Shown here one piece after another: positions 54,751 to 63,006 of a DNA stretch of 64,000 nucleotides. Origin of the DNA: a virus. Taxonomy: Duplodnaviria; Caudoviricetes. The position numbers were made by a program, and so were the translations under genes. Position 1 is the first letter of the stretch. Every line of letters starts with the position of its first letter. The stretch spans positions 6,588 through 70,587 of the IMG/VR virus record IMGVR_UViG_3300028887_000114; one strand, given 5' to 3'. The notes under the pieces were generated by a model. It saw nothing but the letters and a program-made list of their open reading frames with translations. It did no database searches and was not told where the DNA came from.

Positions 54751-55866
54751 CTATTTAGAGATTATTTCCATTTCATAGAAATACTTTTGCATGATACCAA
54801 CTAGTTTTTCATACCAGATTTTTCCATCATTAATCCATTCTTCAAGATTTGGCATTTCCATGTTAATTAAGTCACCAACATTCTTCCATCTCAAACACTT
54901 CTTCATTCTGAACATGGTTTTAAGCTGGTTAATTATAATTTCATATCTTTCCCTTGTAAGATACTTCGTAATATCTTTACACATATCTTTAAAAATATCT
55001 TCAAGTTCTTTCTGATGTTCCTTATCGGTGCAGGCATTCATGTATAAAATACCATTCTTGGTAATAAGATGAATGTCACCGATGACAAAATAGCTTAATC
55101 CACGTTTTTCTCTAATTTCTTGACAGAACGGAGAATTTAAACCTTCGCAAAGCATTTGCATACCAATAAGTGCGAGTGGATATTCTGTCTTAATAACGGG
55201 ATGCTTACTAAAAACAAATACATTAACTTTTTCAGAATCTGTAACTGGGAGAATTTCTTGCTTTCTGTCTCTAAATTTTAAAGTAACAGGTTCTGGTAAA
55301 GTGTCTAAATATTCAATATTGCTAAAGTCTGTTTTATCCTTACCAACTTCAACAATTCTAAGGGGTTTCGTATACTGTTCTCTTGCGACCTGAAGCATAT
55401 CTGCATAAGTAAAAGCTTCAATATCTGCCGGAATACCGGTTGGGTCATGAACGCCGAAATAGTTATAAATTAAGTTTGTATAATGACCGTCATTTGGGTC
55501 TTCATAAGTATCGAGAAGTTCTTGCATAACGATTTTCTTTTCGTTTTCAAATTCCTTCTCTGTAATATTTACATAATCATTTAAAATTGCTCTGACCAGT
55601 TCTTGTTTAAAATCTGCGGATAATTTGTCTTCTAATCCCCTGAAGTAAACAACAACATAATTTTGTGAGGTTGAGGCATTGAAATCTATACAGTCATTTG
55701 TAAATCTGTCCATATATTTATCAACGCCTTTTGTAATCAAATGTTCCATTAGGTGTGATATTCCTCTACGACCTGGTTTTTCATATGCAGCGCCTGTAGG
55801 GAATACAATATTTAACGATGTTAGTCCAAGCTTACTCTTTTTGAATACATGTCCTGCTTTTATCAT
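54751..55866 (-). CDS. M16 (insulinase-like) zinc peptidase
   Basis: Inverted zinc motif 'GISHLMEH'; 'FNAST'; 'QEIREKRGLSY'. Confidence 0.9.
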   Translation of the reverse strand: MIKAGHVFKKSKLGLTSLNIVFPTGAAYEKPGRRGISHLMEHLITKGVDKYMDRFTNDCIDFNASTSQNYVVVYFRGLEDKLSADFKQELVRAILNDYVNITEKEFENEKKIVMQELLDTYEDPNDGHYTNLIYNYFGVHDPTGIPADIEAFTYADMLQVAREQYTKPLRIVEVGKDKTDFSNIEYLDTLPEPVTLKFRDRKQEILPVTDSEKVNVFVFSKHPVIKTEYPLALIGMQMLCEGLNSPFCQEIREKRGLSYFVIGDIHLITKNGILYMNACTDKEHQKELEDIFKDMCKDITKYLTRERYEIIINQLKTMFRMKKCLRWKNVGDLINMEMPNLEEWINDGKIWYEKLVGIMQKYFYEMEIISK

Positions 55867-56221
55867 TCCTTTCCTTTAATTTACTCTTTAATTCATTCTC
55901 GCGGGCAGGATCGTAATGTTCACCGAGCAATGATTTTCTCAATTCATCGACTGACATATTGTCTGAATTTTTGACAAGACTTCTCAAAAAGTCTAAATCA
56001 AAATTAATGGCATTACTATAATATGCCATATTCTTATTATATCCAGGCTTTCCTGGTCCACACTTAAATGCTTCGTTAACCCAATAGAATGAAGGTTTCT
56101 GATCGTCATAAATCTTAAATAACAGATCGTCAGAATAATACCTACGAAGAAACATATCGTAAGCATCCAGCTCTTCCGTATGTGCTGGGTAATCCTTCTT
56201 TAATCTTTCAATAATATACAT
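55832..56221 (-). CDS. hypothetical protein
   Basis: 129-aa ORF in operon. Confidence 0.6.
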   Translation of the reverse strand: MYIIERLKKDYPAHTEELDAYDMFLRRYYSDDLLFKIYDDQKPSFYWVNEAFKCGPGKPGYNKNMAYYSNAINFDLDFLRSLVKNSDNMSVDELRKSLLGEHYDPARENELKSKLKERNDKSRTCIQKE

Positions 56222-56226
56222 ATTAA

Positions 56227-56823
56227 TTAAAAGTGTGTAATGTGGTCTCTATTGTGATAATCTTTAATTTCCTTGGTCTCGGTATCATATACGAGAAGGT
56301 CAAGGTTATAAAATTTAAAACCGTTACTGTTGATTACATCGTATGCAGAAATTCCCTTGTTACCAGTTAAATAATGATAGATATATCTAGTAACCATACC
56401 GTGACTGATATTTACGATATTATTAATATTTGGGAATGCATCATGTAATGTATCAAAAAACTTGAATACCAAATCAATTTGCTTTTCCATATCTTCTGGC
56501 TTTAAAGGAACAATCTTTTCAAATTCTTCCTTTGTAATTTCCCAGAATTTCAAGTTATTCAATTCGCTACAATCAAATTCGTTCAATTCATTTAAAGTCA
56601 TCATCGGCGGCATTTTAAACAACAATTCTGCCGTTTGCTGACATCTCTTTGCTGGAGAAGAAACAATAGGAGTATTAATATCAATCTTCGGCAAGTATTG
56701 ACCAATATCTTCCTGCCAATGTTCTGGCATAGTTCCAGCAATAGGTTCCTGACTGTAATCCTGAACCATAGCTCCAGTCAAGTTAGGTGCAGTCGGTGCA
56801 TGTCTTAAAAAATATAGTTTCAT
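56227..56823 (-). CDS. histidine phosphatase family protein
   Basis: 'LYFLRHA', 'SSPAKRCQQTAE', 'LNE', 'ISHG'. Confidence 0.85.
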   Translation of the reverse strand: MKLYFLRHAPTAPNLTGAMVQDYSQEPIAGTMPEHWQEDIGQYLPKIDINTPIVSSPAKRCQQTAELLFKMPPMMTLNELNEFDCSELNNLKFWEITKEEFEKIVPLKPEDMEKQIDLVFKFFDTLHDAFPNINNIVNISHGMVTRYIYHYLTGNKGISAYDVINSNGFKFYNLDLLVYDTETKEIKDYHNRDHITHF

Positions 56824-56825
56824 TA

Positions 56826-57194
56826 TTAAATCCTATTATATTTTTCAATAAATTTAGCTTCGCACTTATGTAATCTAGGTGCAAAAACAACTTTTAAAAT
56901 AGCTTCTGGTTTTTCGGTTCGATAAATAACATCTTCAGTACATTTGAACGGATTTTTATCAACACCGTCAAAGTAAAGATAGTAATTATTTTCATCGAAG
57001 ACAAGCATTGCATTAATATATCCGGAGTTTTCATCCTGAATATAAAACTTATAACCCAAAACACCTTCTACCTGTGTCTTGCATAATGCTGTCATTTGAA
57101 TATCAAGACCTGATTTGAATTTTTCATACATTTCATTACATGTAGCATGAACAGTTAAAATGCAGAAGAGTAATGCAAGAATGATTTTCTTCAT
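56826..57194 (-). CDS. small secreted protein
   Basis: Start moved to MKKIILALLFCILTVHA (signal peptide). Confidence 0.65.
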   Translation of the reverse strand: MKKIILALLFCILTVHATCNEMYEKFKSGLDIQMTALCKTQVEGVLGYKFYIQDENSGYINAMLVFDENNYYLYFDGVDKNPFKCTEDVIYRTEKPEAILKVVFAPRLHKCEAKFIEKYNRI

Positions 57195-57202
57195 GGTATT
57201 AC

Positions 57203-57427
57203 CTACTTTGTATTGGCAATCATTGTCATGCAATTTGCCAGGTCCTCTATGTTAGAAATGCTATTGGCTATCAATTTATTGTTTTTGGTGTATATATTAA
57301 AACAGTTATTTTGCTGTTTTACAATAAACTGACGACCAGATTTAGCTAAAAATTTGAAATGATCTAAATGTCTTGCCTTAGTCTCATCCCAAATTCTACG
57401 AATTTCAATGATTTCTTTATCCAACAT
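57203..57427 (-). CDS. small hypothetical protein
   Basis: Promoter at 57446-57474; ATG at 57427 preferred. Confidence 0.55.
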   Translation of the reverse strand: MLDKEIIEIRRIWDETKARHLDHFKFLAKSGRQFIVKQQNNCFNIYTKNNKLIANSISNIEDLANCMTMIANTK

Positions 57428-57477
57428 ATACACCTTTTTTTACAAAATATAGTAAAGGTGCAATATATTGTAAATGC

Positions 57478-58218
57478 CTATTTCTTAAATATTTTTAGGA
57501 TCATATCAATTAATGACTCTAAAAGGCCTTTTTCTTTTTGTTTTTCTTCAATAATTTCTTCTTTTTCTTCTCTAACTTCTGGAACCTTTACTTCCATTAT
57601 TTCTTCCTTTGGTTCTTCTACTACAGTTTCTTCGGCTTCTTCGATGATTACGTTTTCAAGCTTTGGAGAAACTTTAATAATAAATTCCTGCCATTTAGAA
57701 ATATCACCAGTATCTTCATTCCAACCAATGACTCCTGGACATGGCTTACCATTAACATCATAATGTCTAATTATATGTTTTGAATCGATTTTATATTCTT
57801 CCATCAATTTCTTTGTAAGCTCTATGCAGTTAGCTATTACGGCTGGAGTAAAATACCAGTTTATATCGTTTGGAGAAGTGACTTTCTTTGTCAAGTTAGT
57901 AGAACACATTTCAATACCGATAGAATTAGCACTTGTGCATACTTTATATAATGAACCGCCTTTGGTTTTATACTTATTACCGCCGCAATGCCAACAGTAT
58001 CTATTCTTTATATCAGGATTATACTGGACTATATTTTCGTCATCAATAATGAAGTCTGCAGAAGCTTTTGTAGTTTCCTTAGCAAAATACTTAGCATTTG
58101 ATTTCGCAGTCCCAGGCTTGCTTGTAACGCCCGCTGTGTAGTGTATAACAATATACTTGATTTTTCTATTTTTCAATTCTGTTGTATTGGCAGTATTTGT
58201 GCATTCTATGATATTCAT
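57478..58218 (-). CDS. N-acetylmuramoyl-L-alanine amidase (Amidase_2) endolysin
   Basis: 'YIVIHYTAG', 'WHCGG', 'NSIGIEMC', 'IRHYDVNGKPCPG'; late promoter at 58223-58230. Confidence 0.92.
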   Translation of the reverse strand: MNIIECTNTANTTELKNRKIKYIVIHYTAGVTSKPGTAKSNAKYFAKETTKASADFIIDDENIVQYNPDIKNRYCWHCGGNKYKTKGGSLYKVCTSANSIGIEMCSTNLTKKVTSPNDINWYFTPAVIANCIELTKKLMEEYKIDSKHIIRHYDVNGKPCPGVIGWNEDTGDISKWQEFIIKVSPKLENVIIEEAEETVVEEPKEEIMEVKVPEVREEKEEIIEEKQKEKGLLESLIDMILKIFKK

Positions 58219-58234
58219 ACTATATTTATAAATG

Positions 58235-58263
58235 AAAAAACTGGAACTAAATTCCAGTTTTTT
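58235..58263 (-). terminator. intrinsic terminator
   Basis: AAAAAACTGGAA-ctaaa-TTCCAGTTTTTT. Confidence 0.75.
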
Positions 58264-58281
58264 TCTTTGTACATGCTATAA

Positions 58282-58749
58282 TTATTTACGGTTTAACTTT
58301 GCCTTTGCAGCATTAATTGCACGAGAACCAAGTGCATTATGTAATTCATCAAAACTCAAACCATTAAAATCAGCATTTAAGTCAAATGGTTCACCTGGAT
58401 TATTTTGTTTGTATGCTAAATATTCATCAGTTGCTGCAATAAACATAGCTTTTAATTCTATAATATCATTAGGATCTTCGTTACCGCTTAACCAACCACA
58501 ATCATCTATTGCAATTCTAATTATACCAGGTAAAAATCTGTCTTGACCTTTTTCTCTCCAATAGAAATGAGAAAATTCATGACGTGCTTGTTCAATAAGC
58601 TCGTTAGCAGAAGAACAGCCAGTACGAGTTAATGCGTCTGAAAATTCGATCCATTGTTTTGCTTTTCTAACACCATCAGAATTAGCATCTTCTTTAAGCA
58701 GTGTATAACCTTTATTTCTAAGAATTTGTTTAGCTTCTTGTAAATTCAT
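58282..58749 (-). CDS. late protein with shared N-terminal leader
   Basis: Starts MNLQEAKQILRNKGYTLLKE. Confidence 0.75.
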   Translation of the reverse strand: MNLQEAKQILRNKGYTLLKEDANSDGVRKAKQWIEFSDALTRTGCSSANELIEQARHEFSHFYWREKGQDRFLPGIIRIAIDDCGWLSGNEDPNDIIELKAMFIAATDEYLAYKQNNPGEPFDLNADFNGLSFDELHNALGSRAINAAKAKLNRK

Positions 58750-58762
58750 TTTATCTCCTATA

Positions 58763-58834
58763 TTTTATAATATTTATAATAAAAACTTTTATAATATTTA
58801 TAATAAAAACTTTTATAATATTTATAATAAAAAC
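58763..58834 (-). repeat. three exact tandem 24-bp repeats, each carrying a late promoter
   Basis: (TTTTATAATATTTATAATAAAAAC)x3; TATTTATA at 58771, 58795 and 58819. Confidence 0.9.
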
Positions 58835-58857
58835 CGGATAAAAATATCCGGTTTTTT
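58829..58857 (-). terminator. intrinsic terminator
   Basis: AAAAACCGGATA-aaaa-TATCCGGTTTTTT. Confidence 0.8.
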
Positions 58858-58887
58858 GAATGCATTCACAAGTTCTAAGCTAAAGGA

Positions 58888-58950
58888 TTAGACCTTTCCG
58901 CCCTTTGCCCAAGGTGGTACATTCGCTTTTGTTTCTTTTGATTTTGCCAT
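58888..58950 (-). CDS. 20-aa basic late peptide MAKSKETKANVPPWAKGGKV (not in ORF track)
   Basis: GGAGG RBS 5 nt upstream, own late promoter at 58971-58978, downstream terminator. Confidence 0.7.
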   Translation of the reverse strand: MAKSKETKANVPPWAKGGKV

Positions 58951-58973
58951 TTTTTCCTCCATTATATTATTAT

Positions 58974-60257
58974 TTATAAGGCGTCTCTGATTAATTTATT
59001 GATTTTATCCTTATTGAAATTATGTTTGGTTATTTCAGGGTGTGTCTTAATAACTTGACATAATTTAAGAATTTCGTCGAAATATTTTTGTTGCTTAGCC
59101 TTTGGCAACTTATTAAATTGGTTACTAAAGAGCTTTGTAACAAGATTCTTAGCAATCTTAGATACACTGTTCTTAGAACGCTGGATAGCATCGATATAAT
59201 CTGGAAGTTTCTGGTGTAATTTTGCTTCATATTCAAGTTCGTCAGAAGCATAAGCACCTGAAGCCATTACTTGATGAGCATCATAGTCATGTGCATCTTC
59301 AGTTCCATCTAATTGCTTATTATTAGCCTGAATATAGTGAGTTAATTCATGATGAAGAACTTCCTGGAAGAAATCACCAAAATATTCTTCCATAATCTTA
59401 TCAACAACCTGCATTGGTGTTTCTGCATCAGCTTCAACTTCTTCTACAGCATCCTTGAACTTGAATGAATCGTCAACATAAGTATAGCTACTATAACCAT
59501 AATTACCACCGTAACCATATCCGCCATAGCCATAACTACCATAATAACCATTGCTGCTGGAACCATATCTATCACGGAAACGAGCATATAATGCATCACG
59601 TTCTGCGGTTCGACCAGTAGTCGGAGTTGCTGTCTTTTTCTTACCCTTGTTCTTTTCAAGGTTAGCTAAAATCCTATCAACTTGTTCTTGACCTTCTGAA
59701 GCTTTTTCTCTAGCTTTTGGGAATGGAATTGTATTGATTTTTCTACTTGTATACTTACCTTCTGTAATTTTCTTAGTTCCTTTTGTAGTAGAACCAGCGG
59801 TCTTAGTTGTAGCAGCAGAAATAACGTTTGGTAAGTTAATCATCAAAATGACTGGATCTGTATCTGGGTTTGTATCACCCATGGCGTTAGCATATAATGC
59901 ACCTTTTCCTCTACCTTTCTGTGCATCATAATCACTACGAATATCTTTTTTATCACCATAGAGTTTAACAGTCAATGCTTTCATTCTGACTGGTTCTGGA
60001 CGATAAGTAACAGGAACCATCAATGCTGGGATTTCGATTGTAATTGTCTTTTCTACATCTTCGCCATCATAAACCTTGTCAAGCATCTGTGTGAGCTTTT
60101 GTCTTAACAATTTCATGATACGTGCTTTATATTTTGTAACAAGTTCCTCTACGTCAAACGTTCTATTTTCTGTGACTAAACGATTTTCAGAAATGATATA
60201 ACCTGACTCTGTAAGAACCTTTAATGCCTTATATATTTCCAGTTCATTGAGCTTCAT
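58974..60257 (-). CDS. late protein with family leader, Gly/Tyr-rich linker and HExxH metallopeptidase-like motif
   Basis: MKLNELEIYKALKVLTESGYIISE; 'EVLHHELTHYIQ...ELEYEA'; late promoter at 60280-60287. Confidence 0.75.
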   Translation of the reverse strand: MKLNELEIYKALKVLTESGYIISENRLVTENRTFDVEELVTKYKARIMKLLRQKLTQMLDKVYDGEDVEKTITIEIPALMVPVTYRPEPVRMKALTVKLYGDKKDIRSDYDAQKGRGKGALYANAMGDTNPDTDPVILMINLPNVISAATTKTAGSTTKGTKKITEGKYTSRKINTIPFPKAREKASEGQEQVDRILANLEKNKGKKKTATPTTGRTAERDALYARFRDRYGSSSNGYYGSYGYGGYGYGGNYGYSSYTYVDDSFKFKDAVEEVEADAETPMQVVDKIMEEYFGDFFQEVLHHELTHYIQANNKQLDGTEDAHDYDAHQVMASGAYASDELEYEAKLHQKLPDYIDAIQRSKNSVSKIAKNLVTKLFSNQFNKLPKAKQQKYFDEILKLCQVIKTHPEITKHNFNKDKINKLIRDAL

Positions 60258-60343
60258 AAAGTTCCTTTTTATTTTATATTATTTATAACAAAAAAGGTAG
60301 TCAAATTAATGACTACCTTTAAGGTACTATGCGATACAATATA

Positions 60344-60907
60344 TCACACTCTTAGGAACATATCTAAAATTGATTCTGATTTTTTCTGTAATTCTGCATG
60401 TAATCGTTCGTTTTCTTTTATGACATTCATAATGTCATGAATAATCATATTTTTAGAGAACTTCTGGTCATATTCGTCGCAGTATTCAGTTAACCTGGAA
60501 ATGCTGTCTTCAATACTACAATGAATTTCAGTTTTTTCTGTTTCCAAAGGTTTATCTTTGTCGATTACTTCCTTGATAGCATTGAAATATTTTTCAAACT
60601 TATCAAACTTAAACCTTACTCTAGTATCACCATCGAACTCATAATATTCAGACATAATGAAGTCTGGAATATCCTTAATTTTCTGTTTTACATACTTATA
60701 AAGACGAATATTACAGTATGTAAAATCATCTTCAGCGGTTCTGAACGTGATCGTTCCAATGACAGCTTCTCGATAAAGAACATGCCAAACCCTATCATTC
60801 ATAATATGGATTGACTGAATATCGATATTCATTCGGTCAAGAAGAACATGTAATAGATAAGATGACTGGTTTAAATAGTCAAATATTTGTTTTTCATCTT
60901 GTCTCAT
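60344..60907 (-). CDS. hypothetical protein
   Basis: 187-aa ORF. Confidence 0.65.
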   Translation of the reverse strand: MRQDEKQIFDYLNQSSYLLHVLLDRMNIDIQSIHIMNDRVWHVLYREAVIGTITFRTAEDDFTYCNIRLYKYVKQKIKDIPDFIMSEYYEFDGDTRVRFKFDKFEKYFNAIKEVIDKDKPLETEKTEIHCSIEDSISRLTEYCDEYDQKFSKNMIIHDIMNVIKENERLHAELQKKSESILDMFLRV

Positions 60908-60911
60908 GGTT

Positions 60912-61094
60912 TTACGAAGGTAAATACGTTAAAAGAGCTACAAAAGCAATATTCAAAATATAAAATTTAGCAAGAGAACCAAAAACATCGCCGACACTCA
61001 TTGGTTTGTTCATATCGATAGATGTCGTGGTGACAATAAGAAATACAAGTTCAACTATGAACAGAATTGAACCATAACCAAGAACACTAAGCAT
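60912..61094 (-). CDS. small 2-TM protein
   Basis: Start moved to MLSVLGYGSILF, overlapping the upstream stop. Confidence 0.55.
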   Translation of the reverse strand: MLSVLGYGSILFIVELVFLIVTTTSIDMNKPMSVGDVFGSLAKFYILNIAFVALLTYLPS

Positions 61095-61287
61095 GTGCAA
61101 TCTCCTCTTTCTTTTTATAAGGGTGAGTTTTATCCTTTTCAATAGAGATAATTGTCGGAATTGAACCATAAGCTTCGCTGATGAATGATTCAAGTTCCTT
61201 CTGGACTTCTTCCTCATTTTCACCATAACGCTTAAAAATCATGGGTTCATTCATAATTGTTACTACACACTTATATCTTTCTTTCAT
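61087..61287 (-). CDS. small hypothetical protein
   Basis: GGAG RBS; promoter at 61315-61343. Confidence 0.6.
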   Translation of the reverse strand: MKERYKCVVTIMNEPMIFKRYGENEEEVQKELESFISEAYGSIPTIISIEKDKTHPYKKKEEIAHA

Positions 61288-61371
61288 AAAATAAAAACTC
61301 CTTTTTACCTCTATAATATAGCAAAAAGGAGAAGAATTGTAAATAGGTTATTGACTAGTTAATTTATTCAG

Positions 61372-61830
61372 TCACCATTCAACCGATTGACCATCTGGAA
61401 TGCTTTTAAATATTGCTTCAGTAAAATTGATAATTAACATAGAACCGTCAATATATCTAAATGCAATATATGTACAACCATCTTTGGTGTCTTCGTCAAA
61501 TTCTTGTGCATATAAATCTGTAACACATGGATATGTTCCATGATAGTTTAAAAACTTTTCAAATGATGGACATCCATCTTTATTAACATTTGTAATTAAT
61601 GCACAAAGTTCATCATTTTTGCCTACATATCCAATAGTGCTACAAACAGTAAGTGCATCTGGTGACATAACGACATTCATCAGTTTATCCCAGTTTACAT
61701 ACCTGTCAAAAACCTTTAATATTTCAGCAAATCTTTCATGAGACCATCTACCATAAGTATCTTCTTTCCAGAATTGCCACCATTTCTTTTTAGTATCTGA
61801 GAATTTAAAATTTACTTGTTTAATTTTCAT
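61372..61830 (-). CDS. hypothetical protein
   Basis: 152-aa ORF. Confidence 0.65.
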   Translation of the reverse strand: MKIKQVNFKFSDTKKKWWQFWKEDTYGRWSHERFAEILKVFDRYVNWDKLMNVVMSPDALTVCSTIGYVGKNDELCALITNVNKDGCPSFEKFLNYHGTYPCVTDLYAQEFDEDTKDGCTYIAFRYIDGSMLIINFTEAIFKSIPDGQSVEW

Positions 61831-62545
61831 AATTTATATTATTTCCTTGAACTTCATTTACAATAGCATTAATTATTTTAGAACATTCTTGATTTTTGCG
61901 TCTTCTTTCTTGTGTTCTATCATATCTTGCATTAAAAACATGTGGAAGATTTACTAAACAAACTGGAGTATCAAATTCAATTCTTTCAATATTATTTTTC
62001 TTTACATAATTAGCAAATTCAGATATAATTGATTTTTTATATTCAGCTTGATCTTTAACTACAAAATTTTTAAAAATGATATTTAAATATTCATCAACCT
62101 GACCTGGTGCAAGTTTAACAGAATTACAATCAGTCCAACAAGTACCTAGATAAAAACCTTTATCCAATAATTCTTTATATTGCATTACAGTATTATCAAG
62201 TGCTCTACGATTGTTAATAATATTCTGACAACCGTCCTTTAATAAATTATATATTTCATCATCTGTTTTTTCATATAAATCTGGTGCCCAAAATTCAAAT
62301 GGTTTTGCCATCTTTTTAAGATAATTTTGTTGAAAATGATCAGTAATATGGCTAAGATATTTTTCTGGAACAATTGTTTTATATTTACATGGTGCAATAA
62401 TATTAGAATTATCTCCATTAATTTCCAATGTAAAATATTGAGTAAAAAATTTAATAAATAAAAAATCTTTATCAATGCGTTCAACTAACATTTTAAATTT
62501 TTCATTAACAATTTTTACCTTTTCTTCTATTGTAATACTACTCAT
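61820..62545 (-). CDS. hypothetical protein
   Basis: 241-aa ORF. Confidence 0.65.
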   Translation of the reverse strand: MSSITIEEKVKIVNEKFKMLVERIDKDFLFIKFFTQYFTLEINGDNSNIIAPCKYKTIVPEKYLSHITDHFQQNYLKKMAKPFEFWAPDLYEKTDDEIYNLLKDGCQNIINNRRALDNTVMQYKELLDKGFYLGTCWTDCNSVKLAPGQVDEYLNIIFKNFVVKDQAEYKKSIISEFANYVKKNNIERIEFDTPVCLVNLPHVFNARYDRTQERRRKNQECSKIINAIVNEVQGNNINYEN

Positions 62546-62547
62546 TA

Positions 62548-62985
62548 TTATTCCTCTATAATTTGCTTTTGTATTTCATCATGGAGTTTGAAAACAATAT
62601 CATCACCCCAAACATTTTTAGCACAATTAATATTATACTTAATAGTTTCGATTGTCTCTTGAATTGCCTTAGTTCTATTTGTCATATCAAAATAAATTTC
62701 TGAATAACAACATGATTCATCATAACTATACCAAGTATTAATAAAATAGACTTCTCCGTCTATTAAATCGCCAACTTCATCTTGAATTTTTTTACCAATA
62801 TAATCTGGTTTAAAATCATTTATATTATCTGCATACGAAGAACAATCATCTGCTTCTAAAACACATTCGCTAAGGAATTCTAAGAATTCTTTTGTATGAT
62901 CAATATGATAAGTTACAAAAAATTGTTGTGGATCTTTTTCATCATATCGTTTATAATTAAATAATGTCTTATATGTCTCGGTCAT
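62548..62985 (-). CDS. hypothetical protein
   Basis: 145-aa ORF. Confidence 0.65.
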   Translation of the reverse strand: MTETYKTLFNYKRYDEKDPQQFFVTYHIDHTKEFLEFLSECVLEADDCSSYADNINDFKPDYIGKKIQDEVGDLIDGEVYFINTWYSYDESCCYSEIYFDMTNRTKAIQETIETIKYNINCAKNVWGDDIVFKLHDEIQKQIIEE

Positions 62986-63006
62986 ATTTTAATTCCTTAA
63001 TAGATA

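Noticed and set aside
58763-58834. Tandem 24-bp repeats as a mini CRISPR array
   Set aside because: No spacers; the repeats are directly adjacent and contain late promoters
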